Source of the DNA: Octopus vulgaris
Lineage: Eukaryota
DNA length: 64,000 bases
NCBI GenBank assembly: GCA_951406725.2
Contig: OX597833.1
Span: forward strand, 39,556,001-39,620,000
Reading direction: 5' to 3'
The notes under the pieces are model-generated. The model was not told the origin of the DNA, made no database searches, and saw only the letters and a list, made by a program, of their open reading frames with translations. Positions 12,435 to 26,721 of the stretch are shown here, piece after piece. Every line of letters begins with the position of its first letter. Within the stretch, counting starts at the first letter, position 1. The translations under genes were made by a program, and so were the position numbers.

Positions 12435-12829
12435 CTTTTACTCTTTTACTTCTTTCAGTCATTTGACTGTGGCCATGCTGGAGAACCGCCTTTAGTTGAG
12501 AAAATTGACCCCAGGACTTATTCTTTGTAAGCCTAGTACTTATTCTATCAGTCTCTTATGCTGAACCGCTAAGTTACGGGGATGTAAACACACCAGCATC
12601 GGTTGTCAAGCAATGTTAGGGAGACAAACACAAACACATAAAACACATACAAATATATATATATACATATATACGACGGGCTTCTTTCAGTTTCTATCTA
12701 CCAAATCCACTCACAAGGCTTTGGTCGGCCTGAAGTTGTAGTAGAAGACACTTGTCCAAGGTGCCATGCAGTGGGACTGAACCCAGAACCATGTGGTTGG
12801 TAAGCAAGCTACTTACCACACAGCCACTC
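12435..12829 (-). mobile_element. SINE family A (tRNA-derived, internal microsatellite)
   Basis: Reverse complement of the 31188-31590 copy. Confidence 0.85.
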
Positions 12830-13666
12830 TTTTGGAGTTTTTTTAAAAGTTGAATTTTCAACTGTTAGCATATAACAAACCTTCATCCAGACCTGATCCC
12901 AATGTTGAATGTTCAAAAACCAAATGAAGGGCAGATTTTTAAATCCAAGATAATCCTGATTCCAAAAAGGTATAATATATCTATGTGGAGCAAACACAGA
13001 CTGAGATACAGGGATTCCAGACAGACAGCCAGACAGAATTTCGTATTTTTATTTTTATTATAGAACACAGTAGTGTGATATAAGTTTTCTTACTTTTTAG
13101 AATACATCTCAGTTATATATATTTTATATACAATGAAAGGCAAAAAGTAGTGTATTAGATTGCAGTAGATTGCTTTTGTAGAAGTTGTGTAATGCTGTGT
13201 ATTATACACGACATTATAGACTTCTAAGATAGTGAAGTGGCAGAATCATTAGCATGCTAGTGGCTTTTTTTTCTGGCTTTACCTTCTGAGTTCAAATTCC
13301 ACTGAGGTTGACTTTGCTTTTCATTATTTTGGAGTTGATAAAATAAGCACCAGCTGAGCACAGGAATAGATGTAATTGGCTAATCCCCTACCCCCCAAAA
13401 TTTTTAGCCTTGTCCTAAAATTAGAATGAATTATATGTTTTTTTTTTAATATTTAGGTCCTAAAATTAAGATTTTATTATACTTAACAATGTATTTATAT
13501 ATGAGCTTTTATGGTATTTTCTCATATTTTCAAGAATGGATCTGATTTGTTATAAAATAGCATCTTCTCTCAGATGAATCAATATCTACCCATCCCTTTC
13601 AATATGGCCATTGTAGATGTGTGTGAGAAGATAAAAGAAGCACTCACACAAGATTGTCAATAACTA

Positions 13667-13760
13667 TCAAAAGGTTGTAAAAGTGGTTGTAATGATGGTG
13701 GTGGCATCATCACGTGGAGTTGTTTCACCAGTGGAAGGTGTTGGAATGAAAGCATCACTG
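13667..13760 (-). CDS. Candidate terminal coding exon SDAFIPTPSTGETTPRDDATTIITTTFTTF*
   Basis: Long polypyrimidine tract (13775-13800), TAG/CAG tandem acceptor, 30 open codons, then TGA TAG; no homology recognised. Confidence 0.4.
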
Positions 13761-13849
13761 CTATGATATCATACAAAGAAAGGAAAAAAGAAAAAGAAAT
13801 TGAATAAAAGCATTTCTGTCTTTATACAATAGTTTACTCATTCCTAGTT

Positions 13850-14100
13850 TGGCAATATACCAACATGGTGATCTACTTGCTTATTCTGTCCAAAGAGTCT
13901 TGAAACGTTTTTCCAAGAACACACAATTGAGACTTTGTTCAGGTCTGGATAGTCTCCAGACCTAAAGTTCTATCGGAAAATGTGAGATCATTAAACCAAA
14001 GCTGAATTCCATAACTTCCAATAAGAAGGAGTATTTACTATGAGTCAATCCATGAAGAATGAGACAAATTAAATCTCACATTATTGAAATATTTTGATAA
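13850..14100 (+). mobile_element. Highly decayed Tc1 transposase C-terminal remnant
   Basis: caacatggtgat (QxD-like) ... tctccagacctaa (SPDL) at a spacing compatible with a DDE C-terminus. Confidence 0.35.
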
Positions 14101-14897
14101 CATTTATATAAGAATTAAATAAACTAGAAGATAATATGCTCCTCAATCATCATTTATTAAAGTGTGGATGATGCCTAAACGATAAAATCTCCCTCTCTCT
14201 ATAATTTTCTCGTCTTAATTGGAAAAAAATTATGCACAACTATTCTGAATAATATATTTAAACCTCAACAAAAATTTCATAAATACCACAGCATACATTT
14301 ATAAAGGGGCATTGACCACATATTTTAGTAATAAAAAGGTTTGTTTATTAGGTTTTCTATATTAGAAACTGTCAGAATATAGTGATTAGGAAACGATATT
14401 AAGAGTTAGATAATTCCTTTCTGGATAAGCAAGTAAAGGACACAACTCAGAATATTTCTGGGCTCTTCATTGTTGTCTCTTGGCTCTGAAGAAAACAAAG
14501 TTGCGATATAGAAACATTCATAAAAACATGTTGAATAGGAATATATATACTTACACATATACCACAAACACACCCATATATTCATATTTAAATATATATG
14601 TATATACAACACACATACACATATGAATATATCGTTTGCAGAAATACATAAATCCAGAGGAGAAGCATACTCTAAGATGTAGACCAGTTAATATTATATT
14701 TGGGGAGGCCAGTTTATTGGGTTACCCTGGGTTTCTGGTGCATATGGGGCTTAGCCTTACAGCATATCTTCAGACCCCAAACACTGTGGCCTGAGACCCC
14801 TCCATATTTTAAAGAGGTCTCAGATGACTGTCACCAAGTATAGCAATATCTGTTTCAACACACATTTTCACATCAAGAAAACAAATACATAAAAGTA

Positions 14898-14940
<43 letters not shown>

Positions 14941-15034
14941 ACACACACACACACACACACATATATGTATGTGCATATATGCATGCTAGTGTTTGTGCAT
15001 GCATCAATTGCAGTATCTTCATCCTCCTCCTCCT

Positions 15035-15482
15035 CCTCATCATCATCGTTTAACGTCCGCTTTCCATGCTAGCATGGGTTGGATGATTTGACTGGGGACT
15101 GGCGAACCAGATGGTTGCATCAGGATCCATTCTTGATCTCGCAGAGTTTCTACAACTGAATGCCCTTCCTAATGCCAACCACTCCAAGAGTGTAATGGGT
15201 GCTTTTACGTGCCACTGGCACGAGGGCCAATCAGGCGGTACTGGAAACAGCCATGCCCAAATGGTGTTTTTTACATGCTACCTGCACAGGAGCCAGTCCA
15301 GCGGCACTGGCAATGACCTCACTCAAATGTTTTCTCATGTGCCAGTAAGGCAACGCTGGTAATGATCATGCTTGAATGGTGCTTTTTACGTTCCACCGGC
15401 ACAGAAGCCAGTTAGCCACTCTGGAAACAATCACACTCAGATCATGCTCTTAGCGCTCCACTAGCACAGATGCCAGTCATCA
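15035..15482 (-). mobile_element. SINE family B copy
   Basis: catcatcgtttaacgtccgctttccatgctagcatgggttgg...; internal tandem subrepeats. Confidence 0.85.
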
Positions 15483-15909
15483 AAAAGTGGAAATTTTCAC
15501 TGTGAATATTTATGTGTATTTCTTCATATTTCCTTGGGTCGTGTTAGTATTTATTTCTCTCGCTTTATATTAACAGTTGTGCAAAATAATGGAAATACCT
15601 TGATAAATGGAGAAGAAAAGGCCTAAACATAATTTTCAATGGATCTACAACACACACTTTTACTGTAATGCAGTGAACATAAAAGAATGCACTCAGTTCC
15701 AACAATTCATAGACATCAAGAGATATCCAGCATCCATTACTTGTTTCTTTTAGAGCTGCATGCCTAGGACATGAAAGTACTACTCTAGTCTCAGGAGCAT
15801 CAATCACACATGGAAGGTATATCAAACTAAAAGGATGTATCTTTGCTTTTCACTCTTGATCTCTTAGTGCTTTTGAAAAGGGGCATTTTGCACAAAATAT
15901 CAGGACTAG

Positions 15910-16333
15910 TTAACCCTTTGGTATTTAAACTGGCCATATTCGGCCCAAATATTCTACTTGTTTTATGCTCAGACTGGCCAGATCTGGCTTTCACACCTGC
16001 CCTAGAATGTCACTGTAAAAAGAAATTTATTATATTCTTGAAATGTTAAAGCTATGAGATAATACATGATAAGTGAATAAACAAGCATTGCTAGTGCCAC
16101 ATCATGGTGATGCCATGTAAAAAGCACCGGTGCTAGTACCACTTAAAAAGCACTCAGCACACTCTGTAAAGTGGTTGGCGTTTGGAAGTGCATCCAGTTG
16201 TAGAAACCCTGCCAGGACAGACAATGTGGTCGGGAGCAACCCTCGGCCTTACCAGCTCCTGTCAACCATCCAAAGCATGCCAGCATGGGAAACAGGCGTT
16301 GAACGATGATGATGTTGATGATGATGATGATGT

Positions 16334-16386
<53 letters not shown>

Positions 16387-16415
16387 CATTTGATATTCTG
16401 AATGTTAGAGGGTTA
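15910..16415. mobile_element. TTAA-flanked MITE interrupted by a SINE B copy (~16090-16385)
   Basis: ttaaccctttg...gttagagggttaa; body matches 21155-21375 in reverse orientation. Confidence 0.65.
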
Positions 16416-16630
16416 AATATTTCTCTGGTTATATTTCAATATCTATCCTTCCTCTTTTATCTTTTTCTTGCTTGTCACTGGACTGCCATCTTGCAGGGGT
16501 ACCAACCTTGAAAGGTTTAATTTCAAAAAATCGACCTGAACAATTATATTCTAAGTCTGGAACCTATTCTATCAATCTCCTTTACTGAACTGCTAGATTA
16601 CAAGGGCATATATATATATATATATATATA

Positions 16631-17158
16631 TAAACAGTAATCTCATTATTATATTATGAGATTTCTGGACATTTTATATAATGATCACTTATAGTGTCAA
16701 CAGCTGTTGTAGATTGTTTGGTTAAACAAGCTACTGTTTTTAGTTCAACAGCAGCTGATGGGATGAACAGTCAGCAGTTTGTCAGCAGTGATGAGGGAAA
16801 AGCTTGTACACAACAACGCATACACAAACGCACACACATACATACACACATACATACATACATATACTTACAATGAGCTTCGTTCAATTTCTGTCAACCA
16901 AATCTACTCACAAGGCTTTGGTTAACCTGGGACTATATTAGAAGACATTTGCTCAAGGTGACACACAGTGGGAGGGAACCTGGAACCATGTGGCTTGGAA
17001 GCAAAATTCTTTAGCACAAAATCATGACTATATCTATACAAATATGTGTATACGTGTGTGCGTATACATATACATATGTATATATTTGTGTGTACATATA
17101 TGTATGTATATATACGTATATATATATATATATATGTATATATATGTATGTATATACA

Positions 17159-17207
<49 letters not shown>

Positions 17208-17523
17208 GAGAGAGAGAGAGATGTTTGTTATGTACTTATTTTAATAATGAAAAAACTGAAGCCCATAATCCACAGCGATATTTTATCAATCATATCATCA
17301 AACACAAGTGTGATGTTTTATGTCTATGAGCAGATAAGCTTGCCTTATTGCGTAGCTAATCTGTTTGCTTGACTGTGGTGGCTTAAATCTGTAATTCCAG
17401 AATATCATGTGTTATGTAAATAAATTATCTTAGAGCTTGGTGCTATATATATATATTAGATATATACATGATGATGCATATATATATATATATGAATACA
17501 CATATACATATATGTGCGTGTCT

Positions 17524-17565
<42 letters not shown>

Positions 17566-17775
17566 ATATATACATACAGAGGTACATATAGACATATGTA
17601 TGTATGTATAATATATTTTATATATATAGAATCCAACGTTTCATATGCTGTATGGATTGTTACATAATTTCCTTGTATGTTGTAAAATCTACATCACCTG
17701 ATAATTAATTCTTGATATTGAATGAAAATACTATATCTATGTATTTATCTGACTATCTGTCTATATGTGTAGTGT

Positions 17776-17830
<55 letters not shown>

Positions 17831-17838
17831 AGATATAG

Positions 17839-17872
<34 letters not shown>

Positions 17873-17873
17873 G

Positions 17874-17939
<66 letters not shown>

Positions 17940-18399
17940 ACATATATATATATGTATATATATATATACATATATACATGCATGCATACATACATGCACA
18001 CACACATACACACACACACACAATGTGCACATGCACACACATGCAAACACTCACACACATTCATATATATGTGGTATAGTCTAGGCAGCACAATTTTAGT
18101 CAATCTCAAACAGATATTTAATCATTGAGATTGCATAGCAACTCAACATGTGGTCTTTAAGGGTGTGTAATTTAAGCAAATGGAAAGAATTGACCTCAAA
18201 CATATTACATAGATAAATATATTTATTATAAGTTATTTTATGGGATTTCTAGATGTTTTGGTGACCGTTCATCCCATCAGCTGCTGTTGAACTAAAAACA
18301 GTTACTTGTTTAACCAAACAATCTACAACAGCTGTTGACACTATAAGTGATCATTATATAAAATGTCCAGAAATCTCCAAATATAATAATGAGATTAGT

Positions 18400-18405
<6 letters not shown>
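16631..18405. repeat. Inverted repeat pair of ~143 bp (16631-16773 / 18263-18405)
   Basis: gagatttctggacattttatataatgatcacttatagtgtcaacagctgttgtag... and its reverse complement; both outer ends abut (TA)n. Confidence 0.9.
17298..17388 (-). CDS. Candidate terminal coding exon [29 protein letters not shown]
   Basis: ttacag acceptor (weak pyrimidine tract), 29 open codons, class I PDZ-type end; unique island among repeats. Confidence 0.25.
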
Positions 18406-18455
<50 letters not shown>

Positions 18456-19130
18456 CCAAAATCATGGAGTAGGAGAAAGAGTAGTATAAATGAAGGGAGA
18501 GGAGAGAAAATTGTAATTCAGTGAAGGAGAAGTATTGAGAGTAATAGCCCTAACTGAGAGTGAGAGTGAGAGAAAGTAATAGCAATGAGAGAAAGGAAGT
18601 GGCAAAGAGCATGTCATGTATCTTCTATTCTTCTCTGTCATAACATATGAATAAGAAAGGAAGGGGTGAAAAAAGTCAGCATTTCAACTCGGTGTGAGTA
18701 CATGTGTGTGTATGTAAAAAGGAGGTATGTGAATGTTTGTGTGTGTGTGTGTGTGTGTGCAATGGAAAGGGATGGTGAACATTCAATGCTGAAAAGAAAA
18801 ATCAAACAGCATTTCAACTCTGTTTGAGTATGTGTGTGTATGTACATGTATATATACAAGGGAAGTAAGTGAATGTTTGTATCTGTGATCATTATGTACC
18901 TTATTTTATACTGTATTTAAATAAAAATACTACAATTAGCCATCATATTTTATGGTAAAGGGTCAGCTAATGAGAAAAAAAATGAAAAAGTCATTTTTAA
19001 ACACCCTTTCTACTATTGGAACAAAAGATCCACCCCAGTGCTCAACTGGTATTTATTTCACCAACCCCAAAAGAAATGAAGGCAAAGTCGACCTCAGTGG
19101 AATTTGAACTCAGAATGTAAAGACAGACAA

Positions 19131-19274
19131 AGGTGTGGCAGTGTGGTAAGAAGCTTGCTTCCCAACCACAATGGGACTGAGTTCAGTCCCATTGTGTGAC
19201 TCCTAGGGCAAGTTTCTTCTACTCATGCTTTGTGAGTGGATTTGGTAGATGGAAAGTGAAAGAAACTTGTTGTA

Positions 19275-19342
<68 letters not shown>

Positions 19343-19556
19343 TGTGTTTATGTGTGTTTGTCCTCCACCACAGCTTCACAATGGGTAATGTTGTGCTTAT
19401 GTGTCTGTAGCAGTTTGGCAAAAGAGACTGAAATGATACCAGGCTCAAAAAAAAAAAAAGAAAAAAGAGTTCCAAGGTCGATTCATTCAACTAAAAATTC
19501 CTTAAAGCAATACCCCAGTATGGCCACAGTCCAATGACTGAAACAAGTAGAAGATA

Positions 19557-19560
<4 letters not shown>
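19131..19560 (+). mobile_element. SINE family A, diverged copy
   Basis: gtggcagtgtggtaagaagcttgcttcccaaccac ... ccagtatggccacagtccaatgactgaaacaag. Confidence 0.75.
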
Positions 19561-19642
<82 letters not shown>

Positions 19643-19759
19643 TGATAGATACATACATACATACATACATACATACATACATACATACATACATAGTGAG
19701 AGAGACAGACAGATAGACAGACTGATTGATTGATTGATTGAGTGAGTGATTTATTGATT

Positions 19760-19791
<32 letters not shown>

Positions 19792-19875
19792 AAGAGGGAG
19801 ATAGATAGATAGATATACAGAGATAGATAAATAAACAGATAGACAGACAGACAGACAGACAGACAGGCAGACAGG

Positions 19876-19915
<40 letters not shown>

Positions 19916-20644
19916 CAGAGAAAGAGAGAGGGGGAGAGAAGGAGAGAAAGAAAGTTATAATGAGTAGTGGAAGGCAGGAGGAAGTTGAAGAGCTTTAAGC
20001 TAGGTGTGAATGCCATTTATATGAAAAGAGCAAAGAATGAAGGTGGGGCAGTGGTATAGAACGTGTATCAGAGTATGTGTGGCATTTGTGGTAGGTATAT
20101 GGAGGGTAGTGTTTGTGTATATATCAAATGCGGAGTATTTAAGAGTATGGACGTGTGTAAACTTGGTGGCATTAGTGTGGAAATGATGTCATTGTGAGTG
20201 TAAGTGTTAGGTAGTGTGAAATGTGTGTATGAGGCTGTGTGACCTGCATAGTGTGAGTGAATGTGTTGAGGATAAATTTGGGATAGTGTGTGCAATGAGA
20301 ATGGATTTATTTTTGTATATCAACATCATCATCATTTATAGTCCATTTTCCATGACTGGTTTGAATGGTTTGACTGGAACTGGTAAGATAGAGAGCTGCA
20401 CAAAGCTCCAGCTTGTTTTGGTTTGGTCTCTACATCTGGATGCCTTTCCTAATGCCAACCACTTGGTATTATGTATGTATCATATACATTCATGCAGCAT
20501 ATATAATTATTAAATTATCTAAATTTTCATGTGTCAGAAAGAGATTTTTGATTAAGTTTTGTCAGGAAGAGTTTCATAGATTTCAATGTTCATTGTCAGG
20601 TGTTATCTTAGACAAAAACTGGTCCTTTTTAATATACTAATGCT

Positions 20645-20970
20645 AGGCTCAGTGGTTAGAGCGTCGAGCTTACGATCATGAGGATGTGAGCTCGAATCCC
20701 GGACCGGGCTGCGTGTTGTGTGCTTGAGCAAGACACTTTATTTCACGTTGCTCCAGTTCACTCAGCTGTAGAAATGAGTTGCGATGTCATGGGTGCCAAG
20801 CTGTGTTGGCCTTTGCCTTTCCCTTGGATAACACTGGTGGCGTGGAGAGGGGAGGCCGGTATGCATGGGCGACTGCTGGTCTTCCATAAACCACCTTGCC
20901 CAGACTTGTGACTAGGAGGGTAACTTTCTAGGTGCAATCCCATGGTCAGTGTCATGACCGAAGGGAGTCC
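20645..20970 (+). mobile_element. SINE family C (tRNA head, CORE-like ttgagcaagacactt segment)
   Basis: GGCTCAGTGGTTAGAGC A-box and GCTCGAATCCC B-box-like motif; homologous to 49050-49390, 49470-49810 and 56145-56478. Confidence 0.85.
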
Positions 20971-21154
20971 CCCCCCCCAGTTCTCAACACTACAATTCTT
21001 ATTGCATTGGGTCAATTTTCTGACAAAACTTCTCTGTTCTTAAGCATTTCATCAGAATTCAAGAAATAATAGCGCTTGATTTATTCCCCTTGATGACTAC
21101 CAAACAGTAAAACAAACTTCAGTTCATACAGCAGTAGTTTGGGAAAGTGATTAA

Positions 21155-21375
21155 CCCTTTAGCATTCAGATTATTCTGTCAAATGTAATGATTATTTATT
21201 CTCATTGTTTTGAATTAATCATGCATTATCCCAAAGCTTTGAGATTTCAATGATGTGACTGTTTTATTTTTATAACGATATTGTAGGATATGTGTGAGAA
21301 GCTAGATCTGACCAGTTTGAACATAAAACGGATAGAATATTTTGGTTGAATATGGGCAGTTTAAATGCTAAAGGG
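21155..21375. mobile_element. TTAA-flanked MITE (~220 bp; CCCTTTAGCA...TGCTAAAGGG termini)
   Basis: ttaa-ccctttagcatt ... aatgctaaaggg-ttga; other copies at 40821-41032 and 45943-46648. Confidence 0.8.
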
Positions 21376-21676
21376 TTGATACTTTTCCTTAATACAGCTG
21401 TTGGGATTAGGAAAAAAATCTTTTGAGTAAAAGAAGTGTAACAACAATTTTAATTTCTTATTCAGCTCACATGATTTCCCTTTCTTGAAAACTTTTAATT
21501 TTCCCATATTTTGGTTGAATATGGGTAGTTTAAATGCTAAAGGGTTGATACTTTTCCTTAATACAGCCATTGGGATTAGAAAAAAAAATCATTTGAGTAA
21601 AAGAAGTGTATAACAGACTGAGTAACAGCAATATTCATTTCTCATTCAGCTCACATGATTTCCCTTTCTTGAAAAT
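21337..21676. repeat. Local tandem duplication, ~169-bp period
   Basis: atattttggttgaatatggg...cagctcacatgatttccctttcttgaaaa occurs twice and spans the MITE end. Confidence 0.9.
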
Positions 21677-21739
21677 TTATAAAAATATTGAAAGGTCAGC
21701 GTTTAGATCTTTCTTAAATATGTTGAGTTGTTTTTGATG

Positions 21740-22010
21740 GGTTATTTCAATAACAGCCCTCAGTTGGTCATTGTCAATATCAGAAGCCCATTCTTAACCA
21801 TCTTCAAACATCCTAATAGGTAAGGCTCTGGTCTCTACTACAGAATTTTGAAGACCAATAAAGATTTATATGTTCATTCAAAATACATTGGCCAAATACT
21901 TGGTTGACTTTGAGAGCAGTTACCACTGCTTTACATTCTATTTTGAACTCATTCAATAAAAATGATTTTAATTTACTTCTCTTTATCTCTCTTTCATTTG
22001 ATAGCACAGC
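21740..22010 (-). mobile_element. Mariner (Hsmar1/SETMAR-like) transposase N-terminal fragment
   Basis: FLLNEFKIECKAVVTALKVNQVFG..NEH..YWSSKFCSRDQSL resembles FLFEFKMGRKAAETTRNINNAFG..NER..WWFKKFCKGDESL. Confidence 0.75.
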
Positions 22011-22240
22011 CTAAACTAAACCAGAATAAACAGTGAAAGCAAAACCATTGCTGTAAATCAATGCACGAAAACCTATCCTTCAAAATGGTTGATTATGTGA
22101 GCATAGTTAAATAAAAGTTTATTCTACTACAAGCAGCATATTTTAAAATAACAGAAACTGCTATCATATGTTCATCTCCATACATACATACATACATACA
22201 TATATGTGTGTACGTATATATGTATACATATATATATATA

Positions 22241-22299
<59 letters not shown>

Positions 22300-22884
22300 G
22301 TTTGTATGTGTATAAATATATCTATAATAAACATATATTTGCATTAATGTATTTGTGTGTGTGTGTGTCTGCATGTGCATATGTGTTTAGATGTATGTGT
22401 TTGTATATATATATATACATATATATACACACAGACACACACACATTCACACACATTATGGTCATATTACATTTGTATGTTAAAATTACATAATATATAT
22501 AGCTTTTATTTTGCTAATATGGCTATTTGATTTAGTAGAAGTTCCTAGCCATTTTCTCTTTGCAATGTAATAAAGAATTCATCTTAGAACACCAGACATA
22601 TTCACAAATGTAATTACTTTCAGCTAGAATTTAGCTCTTTCAGACTTCTGTAGAAGTTATTGAGCTCTTGATATTGTTGTTCTTGCTATTACTGCTGTGA
22701 TTAATGCTACTGTATGTACATTGTGGCAGGATTTTAGGCAATTACCTGTGTTTGTTCCTATTTATGTTTAATATATATGTTCAACTGTGTAGATCTTCAC
22801 ATATATCTTAGAATCTAATGAGTATATATCTATTACATACGTTATACATATATATATATGTATTTGTGCGCGCGTGTGTGTGTG

Positions 22885-22919
<35 letters not shown>

Positions 22920-24170
22920 TATCATCATCGTCATCATCATCATTTAATGTCCACTTTTCAGTGCTTGCTTAGAATTTGTTAAGTCAGGATTTCTTCAGCC
23001 AGATGGCCTTCTTGTTGCCAACCCTCACCTGTTTCAAAGCAAAGTACTATTTCCTCATGGTCATACATATCTTTCAATGAAGACTGGAAATGATTAACTT
23101 TGTTTCTATGATGATGATGATGATGATGATGATGCTCATTTATAACCATAATGTGATGCCAAGAAAAGGTACATGCAAATACGTACACACACGTACATAC
23201 ACAAACATATGTACATACATAAATACATACATACATACATACATGGTGGCTGCCCCCTTGTTATTGAGTATGGCCATTGCATGAAGCTTAATCAATGTTG
23301 TTATCATGCAATGCCTGTGCAAGAAGATTTTTTTTAAAGTGAGGAAAGGCTGTGCACTGAGTCAATCCCACTCACTAAGCAACAGCAGCCATAATCTGAA
23401 AAGAAGAACAAATCAACATCATCGGTAATCACTGAGTTGCAGGTTTTATGTCGGAGTTATCCCAGTTACCTGAGTTACCATCTCCTAGAAGAATGCCCTA
23501 ACAAAGGCTAGGAGTCCTTCACTCCCAATGCTTTAACAGCGCGATCGGGTATTCAGTCCGATTATTTCGATGTCCCCGTGCATGATACAGCTTTAAGACA
23601 TTTATTGGATGGCCATTGACTCTCAAGAGTTCCTCCGTCCTTTGACAGATTTTGTTTTTCATCCCGCAGGGTGTCCAATAAACACCCTCCTCACCAAGCA
23701 AGCTTAGTGGGGTTGCCAGTTTAGTCGCCGATGACCCGACCATGCATACATACATACATACATGCGACATACATGCATACATATATGAGCATATACTAGA
23801 TATGCTAGTATATCAATGAGAAGACATACATAAAACAAAGCATATAAATCTGCACGTATACATACAAAAACACCCTGTTGTTGATGTTGAAATTCCAATT
23901 AAGGCGCCTTGGTCAGAAACCAACTCTTTCTCTATTGGCAAGAAATCTTGAAATAGAATTGAATAATGTCATACATACATACATGCATGCACACATGCAT
24001 GCACACACAAACACACATACATACATGTACTATGGGCTTCTATTAGTTTTCTATCCACCAAATCCAATCACAAGTCATTTGTCCATATTACCACTTAGAG
24101 GGACTGAACCCGGGAACACAGGAACACAGGGCTAGGAATCAAGCTTTTCAGTCACACACCCACAGGTATG

Positions 24171-24221
<51 letters not shown>

Positions 24222-24429
24222 TGCAATTACAAATGAGAAGAAAAATGCATGCAGTACATGTAGTAGAGTAGAGTGTCTTCATTAGCTTGAAGCAGAGGCT
24301 TTCTTTGTCACTATTCCAAGGCTCACATGGTGCCGAACTCTCACCTGCTATCCTTCTCTATATCAACATATCCAATGCAAAGTTAGTCTGTTGAAGATAA
24401 TGGTCAGTTGCAGGTGACTGCAGAATTAA

Positions 24430-26459
24430 ATCTATATATTTGTAACAATTACATGAAGCCTTGTGGGCATCAGTATACATAAACACAATGGCATCAAAGC
24501 CATATATTACAGTTTACATTTGGAAATTAATAAATGGTACCAAAACTATGCAGTTTCATTTTCTTCTTTATTTTGCAATGTTGATTAATGTTTTCAGAAG
24601 CTCTGTGATTTGGATAAGGTATCAGATATTGTACTAATGGCAAGATGTTCAATTTAAGAGGCTTCAAGCCAATAGCCAAAGCAACATTAAAGACATACAT
24701 CACCAGAGACTTCTTGTTTGCTGACAGCATAAAGTTAAGAGGAGTCTTTAACATTGCGGAGGTTATGACAACTTATCCCAAATATGCTAGCAACGGAATA
24801 AAGCATAAAATGACGAGGATGGCGAAACCAATGCTATAAACATAGGCACACAACACACAAAGGCAAACATGCAGACACAAACACACACATATATATGAGG
24901 TGCATTCAAAAACTATCTGACTTCATTTTTTTCCCACCAAAACTAATATCACGGGAGCAAAATCCTTTAGGTGAGAGGTGACACCAATCTTGCATATGTG
25001 TGAAAATTTTGATGCTGGTAGGTTGCATCAGTTCCTGGCTGTTACACCTAGAGAACAGACATGTAGCGTATGCTCATCGGATTTTCATTTACACACAAGA
25101 TGACTGGACGCATCAAGAAGAGATGAAGACCAGTGATGATGGTCTTCATGAGATCCTGGGTTGTGGTTTGCACAGTCCAGCATGTCCTGAGTAATTTCCA
25201 TGCAGAGTTGCTTCTGCTGCTCTGCCAGCACCTTGGGGATGAATTTTGCCAACACTCCCCGATTGCACAAATCCTCTATTAAAATGGAATATACTGATTC
25301 TGTGCCTGTTCCCATTTCATGAGCAATTTTCTGGATTGTTACACGATAGTCTTCCATGATTATTCACTAAAACTTTTCAATCAGCTCCTCTCCTCAGTTT
25401 GTTGATGGCCTGCCTGAGCATGTCTTGCCCACCACTGAGGTCTTGCCCACGGAGGAGTCATCTCACCCAAGACGCCAGTGTATTATAGAAGTCAGGGCCA
25501 CTCGCCCCAAATCTGCATGCTCATCAAGATGCTCTGGTTATTATAGTGGGCAGCACCACCGCTGATAATCTGCAAGTCTTCGAGTGACCGAGTGAAGGAA
25601 CAAGCAGGGCCCCGAGGTGCTGCCATGTTTGATGCAGTTGTCTCACTCTTTGCTCTGAACTTTGCCCATGGCATCATTGCCAAAGATTTCCTGAATCTTC
25701 TGGATGATTTAAGCTTGAGCATCACCAAGCTTTTGACAAAACATGATGCACATCTCTGCTTGAAGCTTTCAGGGAAAACAAAAATCCACCAAACATGCAC
25801 TATGCATCTGTACTGGATGCATAACAACTGGGGTCTGATACGGCCTACCTGCATGGAAATTTACACACACAATCAGGAAGGGTAGTGCTACATCCTACAC
25901 AAAGAATTTTGCCCATGCAACATTAGTTTTGGTGGGAGAAAAATAAAATCGGATATTTTTTGAATGCACCTTAGTATGTGTATATGTGTGTATTCCATCA
26001 TCATGCTCATGACATAAATATATATTGTATGGTACAGGGAAGCATGGACACTCTACCTAATACAAGCTAAAAGGATCAGTGCCTTTGTCATGTGACCTCA
26101 AAGAGCTGTCATGAATGCCAAATGGTGGCACTATGCTTCAAACTGTGAAGGCCTCAGGATGGCTGGCTTTCAATCCATGCACTATCTATTGATGCAGAGA
26201 AATTTCCATTAGACCAGCCACATTACCAGACTAGGTAACGATAGCAAATCCTGTTCTCATGATTAGAAGATGGCTATATAAACATTAAGAGACCCAAATT
26301 TAGATTCAAGGGCAGTGTCAAGTAGAACTCAAAGGGTCTATCTACTCCTACTGGAAAGTGGTACCAGCTAGCTGGTGATCACTCTATTTGGAGAAAATCA
26401 GATAAAGACAGTCATAGTTGTTAACAAAGGACTAGAAGGAAAGGAGACATCCATCTGTC

Positions 26460-26514
<55 letters not shown>

Positions 26515-26516
26515 GG

Positions 26517-26567
<51 letters not shown>

Positions 26568-26647
26568 GTCTGTCTGTCTGTCTGTCTGTCCGTCCATCCA
26601 TCCATCCATCCATCCATCCATCCATCCATCCATCCATCCATCCATCC

Positions 26648-26721
<74 letters not shown>

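Noticed and set aside
15577-15816. Plus-strand exon candidates (VQNNGNTLINGEEKA* and AACLGHESTTLVSGASITHG)
   Set aside because: Plausible acceptors but short, unrecognisable and unsupported by other plus-strand exons
20645-20715. tRNA gene-like sequence (also at 31188, 49050 and 49470)
   Set aside because: These are SINE heads continuing into SINE bodies; no complete cloverleaf or terminator
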